From: Patescibacteria group bacterium
GTDB taxonomy: Bacteria; Patescibacteriota; Microgenomatia; UBA1400; PJMF01
Direction of reading: 5' to 3'
Assembly (NCBI GenBank): GCA_018830045.1
Contig: JAHJTF010000022.1
Coordinates: forward strand, 1-57,791
Length of the DNA stretch: 57,791 nt
Under the pieces are notes generated by a model. That model was given only the letters and a program-made list of their open reading frames with translations, had not been told where the DNA came from and did not search any database. The translations under genes were made by a program, and so were the position numbers. Positions 57,459-57,791 of this stretch are shown here, piece after piece (position 1 is the stretch's first letter; each line of letters begins with the position of its first letter).

Positions 57459-57791
57459 ATGAAGATATTTAAAGAATATAAAGAGTTACTCTCTGAGTTA
57501 ACTAAAAGAGAGATTAAGGCTAGGTATAAGCAGTCGGTCTTAGGTTATGCGTGGGTGATTCTGAATCCTTTTTTTCAGATGTTGGTGATGGCATTTGTGT
57601 TTTCTAAGATTTTACGGATTACTAATTTAGGTGTCCCCTATGCGTTGTTTCTTTATGTGGGCTTACTACCTTGGAATTTGTTTGCGGCTTCAATCGGGAG
57701 TGGTATGAACTCATTGGTAGGGAATGGATCGTTATTAACTAAAATTTATTTTCCTAGAGAAATTTTTGTGGTAAGTACGATTCTAGCTAAG
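57459..57791 (+). CDS. wzm: ABC-2 polysaccharide export permease (partial, runs off the window)
   Basis: Open from ATG 57459 to the window end: REIKARYKQSVLGYAWVILNP, PYALFLYVGLLPW..F, N.SLLTKIYFPREI. Confidence 0.92.
   Translation, partial: MKIFKEYKELLSELTKREIKARYKQSVLGYAWVILNPFFQMLVMAFVFSKILRITNLGVPYALFLYVGLLPWNLFAASIGSGMNSLVGNGSLLTKIYFPREIFVVSTILAK

Noticed and set aside
1-57791. Alternative genetic code (TGA recoded), prophage, integrase or defence system
   Set aside because: TGA serves as a normal stop (e.g. ileS, murE, recO), ORFs are full length, and no phage, integrase or defence motifs were recognised.

Overview
A gene-dense bacterial chromosome segment (standard code 11, mostly minus strand). 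Its gene content and style point to Patescibacteria/CPR, probably Microgenomates (inference from DUF4012, a Trm11-like gene between rplU and rpmA, type-2 IleRS, alpha2 GlyRS and many GT-C/O-antigen-ligase-like membrane proteins). From left to right: (1) a short accessory patch with an IS30-like remnant, an uncalled 50-aa protein with two identical HxC-x7-CxxC units, and an SHMT-fold PLP enzyme whose motifs match L-threonine transaldolases (ObiH/ObaG type) rather than GlyA; (2) tRNA-Gly(CCC) and tRNA-Thr(CGT); (3) a first surface-glycan cluster, lepB, parB, rplU-trm11-like-rpmA, rodA and ileS; (4) a T-box antiterminator/terminator before ileS whose Stem I position is occupied by an uncalled 75-aa CTG-start ORF; (5) a rearranged dcw cluster (mraZ to ftsZ, including murA/B but no murD/F/ddl); (6) glyQS and recO; (7) a ~25 kb glycosylation region interrupted by ruvCAB, ending in a 1001-aa ligase/GT-C-like/phosphoesterase-like fusion and a partial wzm. 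At least 14 genes carry a TAnnnT -10 box 6-8 nt before the start codon, suggesting widespread leaderless transcription. All calls come from reading motifs by eye; no searches were run.
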